Below, one piece after another: positions 10,343 to 18,886 of a DNA stretch of 64,000 nt. The notes under the pieces are model-generated. The model ran no database searches. It was not told where the DNA came from and saw only the letters and a program-made list of their open reading frames with translations. Made by a program: the position numbers and the translations under genes. The stretch's first letter is position 1, and each line of letters starts with the position of its first letter. The DNA is from a candidate division WOR-3 bacterium (lineage in GTDB: Bacteria; Hydrothermota; Tepidihabitantia; SM23-42), in assembly GCA_020353055.1 (NCBI GenBank), contig CP070686.1, forward strand, positions 1,056,625 through 1,120,624, given 5' to 3'.

Positions 10343-10743
10343 TCAAGAAGATCGAGATCTCACCCGAGAACGAGAAGTTCCTGAAAAAAGTCAATGAGCT
10401 CAGTGGGCAGGTCATCACTCTCTGCGAACAATGTGGTACTTGTTCGGGTGGTTGCCCCCTTGTCACTGAGATGGACATAACTCCGTCACAGATGATGAGA
10501 ATCGTCCAATTGGGTCAAAAAGAGGTTCTGGATTACAAGGCAATCTGGGTATGTGCTTCATGTTTCACCTGTACGGTCAGGTGCCCGCGCCAAATCGATG
10601 TATCCAAAGTGGCGGAAGCGCTGCGACAGATCATTCTGAGACAAGCCGTAGACCACATCGACATCAAAGCGATCCCTAAAGAGGAAATAGCCTGCCTTCC
10701 ACAAATCGCACTGGTAAGTGCGTGCCGTAAATTCACAGGATAG
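10339..10743 (+). CDS. hdrC: Heterodisulfide reductase subunit C (HdrC), two [4Fe-4S] clusters
   Basis: CEQCGTCSGGCP and CASCFTCTVRCP motifs; about 134 aa. Confidence 0.8.
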   Translation: MIKKIEISPENEKFLKKVNELSGQVITLCEQCGTCSGGCPLVTEMDITPSQMMRIVQLGQKEVLDYKAIWVCASCFTCTVRCPRQIDVSKVAEALRQIILRQAVDHIDIKAIPKEEIACLPQIALVSACRKFTG

Positions 10744-10753
10744 GAGGAAGAAT

Positions 10754-11695
10754 ATGAATACGACCAAAGAAACGAAATCAAAATCGGCGGAAAATATGAA
10801 ATTCCCCTACTACCCCGGATGTACACTAAAAACAACTGCCAAGAATTTCGAAACCTCAGCTATCGCCACGGCACGTGCACTCGGTGTGGAATTACTCGAG
10901 ATCCCGCGGTGGAACTGCTGCGGTACGGTATTCTCGCTTGCTCAAGACGATCTGATCCATCATGTGGCTTCGGTTCGGAATTTCATCAGGGTCCAGGAGA
11001 TGAATGACTATGGGTTGGTCAAGAACGAGAATCGTCTGGTGACTCTGTGTTCAATGTGCTTCAATACTCTGAAGAGCACAAATCGCCGCATGAAGGATAA
11101 TGCGGAAGATCTAAAAAAGATCAACGATCTCATGTATCGAGAGGAAGATTACAAGGGTAGTGTTGAAGTACTGCATTTCCTCGAACTCCTAAAATCGCTG
11201 GGCTACGACAAGATTCGGGATAAGGTAACCAAACCTCTGAAGGACCTGAAAATCGCGCCCTATTACGGCTGCATGATCTTGCGGCCCAAGGAGATAGCGA
11301 TAGACGACCCGGAAGATCCGACAATCCAAAAAGACCTTCTTGAAGCTCTCGGCGTGTCTGTCATTGATACACCGTATAAGAAGGTGTGTTGTGGAAGTTA
11401 TCAAACCGTCAAGGACAAGTATATAGTTGCTGAGTTGGCATATGACATACTCTCTCATGCGCGCAAAAAAGGCGCAGAGGCACTGACCACGGTCTGTCCC
11501 CTGTGCGCTTTCAATCTTGACCAACGCCAGCAGGCCGTAAAGGAAAAACATCCTGATTTCGAAGAAATGCCCGTCTTCTACATAACCCAATTAATGACCA
11601 TCGCCTTCGGTTTGAACAAAGAAGTATATGGTTTTGAACAGAATTACGTTGATCCAAAGCCGTTGCTCAAAAGCAAATCATTGATCGAAGATTAG
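10754..11695 (+). CDS. hdrB: Heterodisulfide reductase subunit B (HdrB), two CCG domains
   Basis: CCG-domain motifs (WNCCGTVF, KVCCGSY). AGGAGG RBS then ATG at 10754. Confidence 0.8.
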   Translation: MNTTKETKSKSAENMKFPYYPGCTLKTTAKNFETSAIATARALGVELLEIPRWNCCGTVFSLAQDDLIHHVASVRNFIRVQEMNDYGLVKNENRLVTLCSMCFNTLKSTNRRMKDNAEDLKKINDLMYREEDYKGSVEVLHFLELLKSLGYDKIRDKVTKPLKDLKIAPYYGCMILRPKEIAIDDPEDPTIQKDLLEALGVSVIDTPYKKVCCGSYQTVKDKYIVAELAYDILSHARKKGAEALTTVCPLCAFNLDQRQQAVKEKHPDFEEMPVFYITQLMTIAFGLNKEVYGFEQNYVDPKPLLKSKSLIED

Positions 11696-11706
11696 GAGAA
11701 CAAATA

Positions 11707-12465
11707 ATGGAAGATAATAAAAGCCCCATCATGGATAGAATTGCAGAGGCAAATAAGGCTGCGACGACAGGCATTGACGCGAAAGATATCAAGAACTGGA
11801 TCACGATTCACATCATGGGAAAAGCCTACAAGGTACCGGCCGACCTCACAATCCTGACGGCAATGGAGTATGCCGGCTACAAGTTTGTGAGAGGTGTTGG
11901 CTGCCGACAAGGCTTCTGCGGTGCCTGCGCTACTGTTTTCCGCAAGAAAGGAGATTACAAGCTGCAGACCGGCATGGCATGCCAGACCCGGGCCGAAGAC
12001 GGTATGTATCTTGTTCAAATACCTTTCACGCCTGCCGAAAAAGCAATTTATGACATAACGAAGGAACCTTACGAGGCCTCGATATTCATCAAATACTATC
12101 CGGAAGTAACAAGATGTGTATCATGCAATACCTGCACCAAAGCATGCCCGCAAGACCTGGAAGTCATGGATTACGTCCAAGCCGCAATACGCGGGGATTT
12201 CGACTCGCTGTCGGATGTTTCTTTTGACTGCATTCAGTGCGGCCTCTGTGCCATGCGGTGTCCTGCCGAGATTGTGCAATACCACGTCGCCCAACTTGGA
12301 AGAAGGATGTTCGGGCGTTACGGACAGGGAGTGCCGGACCACCTCAGGAAAAGGGTGAAAGAAATCACCGAGGGTAAATTCAACGAGGAAATGGATAAAA
12401 TTACCAGTTGCTCAACCGAGGAACTTCGAAAGATATACACCGAGCGCGAAAAAGAACCAGAATAA
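11707..12465 (+). CDS. Succinate dehydrogenase/fumarate reductase-type iron-sulfur subunit (SdhB/FrdB-like)
   Basis: Plant-type 2Fe-2S motif GCRQGFCGACA...C followed by CVSCNTCTKACP and CIQCGLCAMRCP. Confidence 0.7.
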   Translation: MEDNKSPIMDRIAEANKAATTGIDAKDIKNWITIHIMGKAYKVPADLTILTAMEYAGYKFVRGVGCRQGFCGACATVFRKKGDYKLQTGMACQTRAEDGMYLVQIPFTPAEKAIYDITKEPYEASIFIKYYPEVTRCVSCNTCTKACPQDLEVMDYVQAAIRGDFDSLSDVSFDCIQCGLCAMRCPAEIVQYHVAQLGRRMFGRYGQGVPDHLRKRVKEITEGKFNEEMDKITSCSTEELRKIYTEREKEPE

Positions 12466-12479
12466 GGAAGGAGCAAGAA

Positions 12480-14135
12480 ATGGCAGAATTAAAATATATT
12501 GAAGGCTACCCGGAAAATATCAGAAAAGAAATCGATAAGGTTGCCAAAACGCGCGATAAGAGAATTGATTACACTCCCCCTGCTATGACCATGAAAGAAC
12601 GCGACGAAGTCCTGCGAATTCACCCGGATTATGCCCCTGGAGGCAAGCGTGAAATTCAGGTCGGCCCTAACAAAGGTAACCTCGCGCCGAACGAAGTTGC
12701 CGATCTTCTTGAGGCATACCCTCTAATCGACCAGGATGAGGTGAATCTCTCCCAGGTTGATTACGACACTGATATTTTGATCATCGGCGGCGGCCTGGCT
12801 GGCACATCTGCAGCATTGTGGGCCAATGATAGTGGTATCGCTACCGAACGAATACTGTTGACGAACAAATTAAGACACGGTGATGCAAACTCGATAATGG
12901 CCGAAGGCGGCACGCAAGCGGCCGATCGTGAAGTCGATTCGATCACGAAACACTATATCGACACGATCGGTGGTGGACATTTCGAAAACAAACCCGATGT
13001 CGCCAGAGCATTGGTAGAAGATGCTCCGCTGATTATGAAATGGCTCTGCGAGTTGGGTGCAATCTTCGACCGTGAGGAAAACGGCGATCTTGCCGAAAAA
13101 CTCGCAGGCGGTATATCAGTGAAACGCATGCATTCGTGCCGTGACTACACGGGACTGGAAGAATTTAGAGTATTGAGGGATGAGTTCCGAACACGTGAAA
13201 TTCCTTATCTGGAACACTATCCGGCGATTGAGCTGCTAACCGACGGTGAACGTGTAACCGGCGCTGTCCTGTGGAATCTGGAAACCGGTGAGTACAAGAT
13301 AGTCAAAGCCAAGGCAACGATCATCGCCACCGGTGGTTATGGAAGATTACACATAAGAGGATTTCCCACAACAAATCACTACGGCGCAACTTTTGATGGC
13401 GTCGTTCTGTCTTATCGTGTGGGCGCCAAATTACGTGATATCGACGCAGTACAGTATCATCCAACCGGAGCTGCCTATCCAATCCAGATCGTAGGCTATC
13501 TGCTGACGGAAAAACTCCGAGGCAGCGGCGCGCAGCCGGTGAATGCAGACGGTGAAGCATTCGTTTACCCACTGGAGCCAAGAGATGTTGAAGCATCGGC
13601 GATTATCAGAGAATGCTATGTGCGTAACAAGGGTATCATCACGCCAACCGGGCTCCGCGGTGTCTGGCTCGATACACCCCTGATCGAAATCAAGAACGGC
13701 AAAGGATATATAGAGAAGGCTTTTCCTGGCATGATCAGAATGTACAAGCGGTACGACATCGACATACGCAAAGATCCTGTCTTGGTTTTCCCGACGCTTC
13801 ATTATCAGAACGGCGGTATCGAAACGGATCCCTCGGGCAGAACAAACGTCGACGGCCTGTGGGTCGCAGGTGAGGTATCAGGAGGTGTTCACGGTAAGAA
13901 CCGTTTGATGGGGAATTCCACTCTCGACTGTCTTGTATTCGGAAGACGCGCCGGCATGAGTACTGCAGAATACGTGAAATCGCATGGGGACGAGAGCAAG
14001 ATCAGTCTGGAACACGTGAAAAAATACGTCAAGAATCTTGAACAGGCTGGAGTGAAGCGTACCAGAAGAGCACCGATCATTCTACCTGATTATCGAGGCA
14101 AGGCAGCACTAGCTAGAATGATAGACGTATTCTGA
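12480..14135 (+). CDS. Sdh/Frd/L-aspartate-oxidase-family FAD flavoprotein (SdhA/FrdA-like). It has an N-terminal extension of about 110 aa.
   Basis: DILIIGGGLAGTSAA FAD fold, RHGDANSIMAEGG (His-Ser-x-AAQGG-like), YHPTG and LHYQNGG active-site-type motifs. GGAAGGAG RBS before ATG 12480. Confidence 0.7.
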   Translation: MAELKYIEGYPENIRKEIDKVAKTRDKRIDYTPPAMTMKERDEVLRIHPDYAPGGKREIQVGPNKGNLAPNEVADLLEAYPLIDQDEVNLSQVDYDTDILIIGGGLAGTSAALWANDSGIATERILLTNKLRHGDANSIMAEGGTQAADREVDSITKHYIDTIGGGHFENKPDVARALVEDAPLIMKWLCELGAIFDREENGDLAEKLAGGISVKRMHSCRDYTGLEEFRVLRDEFRTREIPYLEHYPAIELLTDGERVTGAVLWNLETGEYKIVKAKATIIATGGYGRLHIRGFPTTNHYGATFDGVVLSYRVGAKLRDIDAVQYHPTGAAYPIQIVGYLLTEKLRGSGAQPVNADGEAFVYPLEPRDVEASAIIRECYVRNKGIITPTGLRGVWLDTPLIEIKNGKGYIEKAFPGMIRMYKRYDIDIRKDPVLVFPTLHYQNGGIETDPSGRTNVDGLWVAGEVSGGVHGKNRLMGNSTLDCLVFGRRAGMSTAEYVKSHGDESKISLEHVKKYVKNLEQAGVKRTRRAPIILPDYRGKAALARMIDVF

Positions 14136-14224
14136 ACCCGGTATTATATAGAGAATCTTATTGGTCCCGGAAAAAACATTCCCAAATATACCAACGATGA
14201 CAAAGAGAATTAGAAAGGAGTCAG

Positions 14225-15430
14225 ATGAAAGCAGATAAGAGCGGCGTGTTAACCGGCTCTCATATTCTCAGCGGCAACGAGGCGTGCGCAGAAGGAGCCT
14301 TGGCAGCCGGCTGTCGTTTCTTGGGACTTTACCCTATTGTGCCTTCATTAGAGGTTTCGAAGAGATTCCTCCAGCGAGCGCCGGAAGTTGGCGCAACCTT
14401 TATCCAGATGGAAGATGAAGTGTCTGCCCTCGCTGCAGTTTTGGGCGCATCCTGGACCGGCAAAAAATCAATGACTGTAACATCAGGTCCGGGTTTCTCG
14501 CTCATGATGGAGCATCTCGGACTCGGCGTTATGTTGGAGACACCATGCGTGATCGTGGAAATCCAGATGGTCGGTCCGGGTCTTGGACTGCCGACCCGCC
14601 CCGCACAGGGAGATATCATGCAGTCCCGCTGGGGTTCTCATGGTGACTACGAGATAATCGCGTTCGCGCCTAGCTCGGCCCAGGAAATGTTTGACTTCAC
14701 TATCAAAGCATTCAATCTATCGGAACGTTATCGCGTTCCCGTCGCTCTCATGTCAGATGCATATGTCGCTCAACTAAAGGAAAAAGTCGCCATCCCTTCT
14801 GCCGACCAAATTAACATCGAACCGCGCCGATACTACGGTGGACCACGCGATAGTTACCTCCCATTCAAGAGGGATGAGGACTTTGTCCCGCCAATGGTGG
14901 ATATCGGGCAAGGCTACCGCTTTCACGTGACCGGTCTGACTCATGACGACCGGGGTTATCCAATCATGTTCGAAGAATGCCAGGAGTATAACGTTCACCC
15001 GCTGGTCAGAAAAATACGAGACTTCACTGACAAAATAATTGATATCGAGGAAAAGAATACCAATGATGCAGAAGTAGTTATTATTTCATACGGAGTGTCC
15101 TCGCGCGCTTCGCTCAAAGTGGTCGAACAGGCACGCAGCAAGGGACACAAGGTAGGCAGTCTAAAGCTGAACACGGTATGGCCATTCCCCGAAAAGAGAG
15201 TGGCCGAACTCGCAAGTCAGGTAAAGGCGTTTGTGGTCCCCGAGATGAACTTCGGTCAAGTAGTTCAAGAAGTGGAACGGAGCGCATATGGAAAAGCAAA
15301 TATCTTCTTTCTCACTCATGGCGATAACGGAGTTGAATATGCCGGAGATATCCTTGCCGCAGTTGAGGAAGCCTCTCAAATGAAAGAAACAAAATGTGGT
15401 ATCACTGAGTGGAAGAAACGGAGTGCATAA
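14225..15430 (+). CDS. korA: 2-oxoacid:ferredoxin oxidoreductase alpha subunit (KorA/PorA-like), copy 1
   Basis: Typical alpha-subunit sequence (GxYPIxPS ..., GPGFSLM, QSRWGSHGDYE). Note YPIVPS instead of the canonical YPITPS. Confidence 0.8.
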   Translation: MKADKSGVLTGSHILSGNEACAEGALAAGCRFLGLYPIVPSLEVSKRFLQRAPEVGATFIQMEDEVSALAAVLGASWTGKKSMTVTSGPGFSLMMEHLGLGVMLETPCVIVEIQMVGPGLGLPTRPAQGDIMQSRWGSHGDYEIIAFAPSSAQEMFDFTIKAFNLSERYRVPVALMSDAYVAQLKEKVAIPSADQINIEPRRYYGGPRDSYLPFKRDEDFVPPMVDIGQGYRFHVTGLTHDDRGYPIMFEECQEYNVHPLVRKIRDFTDKIIDIEEKNTNDAEVVIISYGVSSRASLKVVEQARSKGHKVGSLKLNTVWPFPEKRVAELASQVKAFVVPEMNFGQVVQEVERSAYGKANIFFLTHGDNGVEYAGDILAAVEEASQMKETKCGITEWKKRSA

Positions 15431-16308
15431 TGGCAACCCAGAAAGTTAATACAAACAAAGACATACATCCCATGGAAAACCTGCTCCGCATGGACCGGAT
15501 GCCACACATCTGGTGCCCGACCTGCGGAATCGGACTCGCCGTCACCGCATTCACCGCGGCTCTCGAAAAGGCAAATATCGATCCCAATATGGTGAGCATT
15601 GTCTCGGGAATTGGCTGCACTGGTAGAGTGGCTGGCTATGTGAAGGTCGATTCCTTTCACACGACACATGGCCGACCGATCGCTTTTGCCACGGGTATCA
15701 AAGTCGCAAATCCAAAGATGAAAGTCGTTGTGTTCTCGGGCGATGGTGACTTGATCGCGATCGGCGGAAATCATTTCATACATGCGGCGCGCCGCAATAT
15801 CGATATGCTGGTCGTCTGTGTTAACAACTTCATCTATGCAATGACCGGCGGTCAGGTGGCACCGACCACACCCCTGGCTGCCTATGCTACGACTTCACCG
15901 TACGGCTGTGTCGAACCACCCTTCAACATTCCTTATCTGGCTGACTCATCTGGCGCAGTATATGTAGCAAGATACACGGCATTGCACATCCGAAGGTTGA
16001 CCAATGCTTTGACTGAAGCCTTGAACAAAAAAGGATTTTCCGTCGTTGAGGTAATCTCACCGTGCGGCATGTATTATTCGCGAATCAACCGACTCGGCGA
16101 TGGACTCGAGATGATGAAATTCTATCATGATAATGTGGAAATAAAACACGGTGAAGACACGAAGAACCTGGAAATTGGATTTCAAAGCAAGATTATCTGC
16201 GGCAAGTTCGTTGACCGTGAAAGACCTTCCTACATGGAACGATACAATCAATGGCTTTCTGAAGTAAGAGCTTCAGCTAAGAATCCCGAAGGGAAAAAGG
16301 GAGCATAA
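15430..16308 (+). CDS. korB: 2-oxoacid:ferredoxin oxidoreductase beta subunit (KorB, TPP-binding), copy 1; canonical
   Basis: WCPTCGIG and GIGCTG Cys ligands, GDGD...NN TPP-Mg motif, TGGQ. TAATG overlap with the upstream gene. Confidence 0.8.
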   Translation: MATQKVNTNKDIHPMENLLRMDRMPHIWCPTCGIGLAVTAFTAALEKANIDPNMVSIVSGIGCTGRVAGYVKVDSFHTTHGRPIAFATGIKVANPKMKVVVFSGDGDLIAIGGNHFIHAARRNIDMLVVCVNNFIYAMTGGQVAPTTPLAAYATTSPYGCVEPPFNIPYLADSSGAVYVARYTALHIRRLTNALTEALNKKGFSVVEVISPCGMYYSRINRLGDGLEMMKFYHDNVEIKHGEDTKNLEIGFQSKIICGKFVDRERPSYMERYNQWLSEVRASAKNPEGKKGA

Positions 16309-16309
16309 C

Positions 16310-17551
16310 GTGAAAGCTGATCAAAAGAGCGTGCTGACCGGTGTCTACTACATAGATGGAGATGTTGCTGCGGGCTATGGTGCTCTGGCCGCGGGCTGTA
16401 AATTCGTGGCCGGTTATCCGATCACCCCATCAACGGAAGCATTTGAAGCAGTCTGCCACCGCGGACCAAAAGTCGGAACTGTGTTTATTCAGATGGAAGA
16501 TGAACTGGGTTCAATTTCGGCCATACTTGGCGCTGTGTGGTCAGGAGTCAAGACAATGACCATAACCTCTGGTCCCGGGTATTCGCTGATGCAAGAAGCA
16601 ATTGGCTTCGGAGCGATGCTCGAGACACCTTTTGTCCTGCTCAACATTCAGCGCGGCGGTCCCTCCACCGGTGTGCCGACCAAGACTGGTCAGGCAGACA
16701 TGATGCAGTCCCGGTGGGGCTCACACGGAGACTATGAGGTCATCGCCATTGCACCAGATTCGCCGCAGGAGATGTTCGATTATACGATCAAAGCGTTCAA
16801 TCTCGCCGAGAAGTACCGCTGCCCGGTCATGATAATGTCCGATGAATGCGTTGGTCATATGACCGAAAAAGTCGTTATCCCGGACGCTGACAAAATTTAC
16901 GTTGAACCAAGAAGATTCTATACCGGTCCGGCCGCGGATTACAGACCATACAAACCTGATCCAGACCTGGTGCCCAAAATGGCAAAGGCTGGCGAAGGGC
17001 TGAATCTGTACATAACCGGAATCGTTCATGACGAAAACGGATATCCAGTCAGTGATGAAAAATACAAGAGCATTTATGTAAAAAGATTAGTTGATAAGAT
17101 ACGGCTCAATAAAAACGAAATTATTGAATTGAAGGAAGAAGGAACAGACGGTGCAGATGTGATCGTTGTCTCCTATGGAATATCGTCGCGCGTCGCGGTC
17201 AAGGGTGTAGAAATGGCCAGACAAAAAGGTGTAAAGGTCGGAACGCTGCGGCTCGTTACGGTATGGCCATTTCCTGATGACCGAATCAATGAACTCGCGA
17301 AGAAAACAAAGGCCTTTGTCGTTCCGGAGATTAACTATGGACAAGTGGTTTACGACGTTGCCCGCTGCGCACACGGTCACGCCAGTGTTGTACTCGTTCC
17401 CCATGGAGGTGCTGGTGTACACAACCCCGATGACGTCGCCGATGCAATCGAATTCGCCGTCAAACAAGAGAAACCACTGGAAGGCGTTCATGAATTCAAA
17501 ACGAGGCTTGAGAAATCAGTGTTTGAGGGAGGGTTCAAATTAAAGGAATGA
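16310..17551 (+). CDS. 2-oxoacid:ferredoxin oxidoreductase alpha subunit, copy 2 (GTG start)
   Basis: Paralog of copy 1 with the canonical YPITPSTE motif. Confidence 0.8.
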   Translation: MKADQKSVLTGVYYIDGDVAAGYGALAAGCKFVAGYPITPSTEAFEAVCHRGPKVGTVFIQMEDELGSISAILGAVWSGVKTMTITSGPGYSLMQEAIGFGAMLETPFVLLNIQRGGPSTGVPTKTGQADMMQSRWGSHGDYEVIAIAPDSPQEMFDYTIKAFNLAEKYRCPVMIMSDECVGHMTEKVVIPDADKIYVEPRRFYTGPAADYRPYKPDPDLVPKMAKAGEGLNLYITGIVHDENGYPVSDEKYKSIYVKRLVDKIRLNKNEIIELKEEGTDGADVIVVSYGISSRVAVKGVEMARQKGVKVGTLRLVTVWPFPDDRINELAKKTKAFVVPEINYGQVVYDVARCAHGHASVVLVPHGGAGVHNPDDVADAIEFAVKQEKPLEGVHEFKTRLEKSVFEGGFKLKE

Positions 17552-18324
17552 ATTCAATAATCGAGGCAATTCATAAGGGCATTGAAAAATCCGGTGTCGA
17601 TCGGAAGAAAATCAGTATTCCATCCGACATACCTTTTGAGCCAGAGACGGTGAAATCGCTGGGAGTCGATTATTTCCAGGTACCACGCGGACGCGCAATA
17701 GCCTTTGGCTCAGGATTGAAATTAGGCAACCCGGATCTCAAAGTTATTCCGGTCGTCGGTGATCTCATGACACTCGGTGGAAATCATTTTGTACACGGAA
17801 CGAGAAGAAACATGGAACTCCTCGTTCTTTGTATCAATAATTTCGTCTACCATAAGATCGCCGGCAAATCAGTTTCAGTGGTGACTGAAGCATTCTCACC
17901 TTACTCTACGTTCGAAGAACCTTTCAATTTTCCCCACCTTGGTAATTCCTGCGGAGCAGTTTATACGGCACGATGGACGGCTTTGCACACAAGCGAACTC
18001 GCCGAGTCTATCGCCGAGGCGCTGCACAAACGTGGCATGTCGATGATCGAAATTCTGGCGCCCGGCCCCAGTTACTACAGATACATTACTCATCTCGACT
18101 CGGAACTGATGCAGTTCTATTTTGATAACTCAATTTTGAAGAACAACGAAGACCCTCGGAACGTGGCAATAACGGCAGACAAAAAAATAGTCGTCGGAAA
18201 ATTCACCGACAAGGAACGGCCAACCTTCATTGACTCATACAATACTCAACACAAGAAAATACTCGGTGATGAATTCACTCCTCATGGACCGGTTTTTGAC
18301 AAAGCAGGAGGTGGAAATGGCTGA
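17548..18324 (+). CDS. Degenerate beta-subunit paralog of 2-oxoacid:ferredoxin oxidoreductase. It lacks the Fe-S Cys ligands and the GDG TPP motif.
   Basis: Aligns to KorB copy 1 (GRAIAFGSGLKLGNPDLKV..LGGNHFVH..RRNMELLVLCINNFVY), but has VVGD for GDGD, no CxxC, KIAGKS for TGGQ, and APGPSYY for SPCGMYY. Confidence 0.65.
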   Translation: MNSIIEAIHKGIEKSGVDRKKISIPSDIPFEPETVKSLGVDYFQVPRGRAIAFGSGLKLGNPDLKVIPVVGDLMTLGGNHFVHGTRRNMELLVLCINNFVYHKIAGKSVSVVTEAFSPYSTFEEPFNFPHLGNSCGAVYTARWTALHTSELAESIAEALHKRGMSMIEILAPGPSYYRYITHLDSELMQFYFDNSILKNNEDPRNVAITADKKIVVGKFTDKERPTFIDSYNTQHKKILGDEFTPHGPVFDKAGGGNG

Positions 18325-18883
18325 AATTAGATTCGCCGGTTATGGGGGTCAAGGGATCATAAGATCCGGGATAATCGCCGGCAAAGCAGCGTCGATCTTC
18401 GATAGCAAGTATGCAACCATGAGTCAATCATTCGGGCCGGAAGCGCGTGGCGGTGCATGCAGCTCGCAGCTCGTCATATCCGAGAGCAAGGTCTTGTACC
18501 CGTACATCACAAATTCTGACGTCCTGATTGCCATGTCCCAGGCAGGGTATGATAAGTTTGAATCAGAAATGGGTGAAGAGGCAATGTTGTTGTACGATGA
18601 GGACCTCGTTAAACCCAAATCGTCACGCGGGAAAATCCTCGCCTACGCCATACCGGCAACACGGTTCGCTGAAGAATTGGGTATCAAGATCGTTGCGAAC
18701 GTTGTCATGCTTGGTTTTTTCACCGCCATTACCCATCTGGTCACCTATGAAAGCATGAAGAAGGCTCTGCCTGGCCTTGTCCCGGAGAAGGCATTGCCAC
18801 TGAACTTAAAAGCTTTCGAACGCGGTTATGAATATGGAAATGAGCTCTTAACCAAGAAACAATCAGATAAAGGAACGAAATAA
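18317..18883 (+). CDS. 2-oxoacid:ferredoxin oxidoreductase gamma subunit (KorC/PorG-like)
   Basis: MAEIRFAGYGGQGIIRSGIIAGKAA signature. AGGAGGTGG RBS before ATG 18317. Confidence 0.8.
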   Translation: MAEIRFAGYGGQGIIRSGIIAGKAASIFDSKYATMSQSFGPEARGGACSSQLVISESKVLYPYITNSDVLIAMSQAGYDKFESEMGEEAMLLYDEDLVKPKSSRGKILAYAIPATRFAEELGIKIVANVVMLGFFTAITHLVTYESMKKALPGLVPEKALPLNLKAFERGYEYGNELLTKKQSDKGTK

Positions 18884-18886
18884 ACT

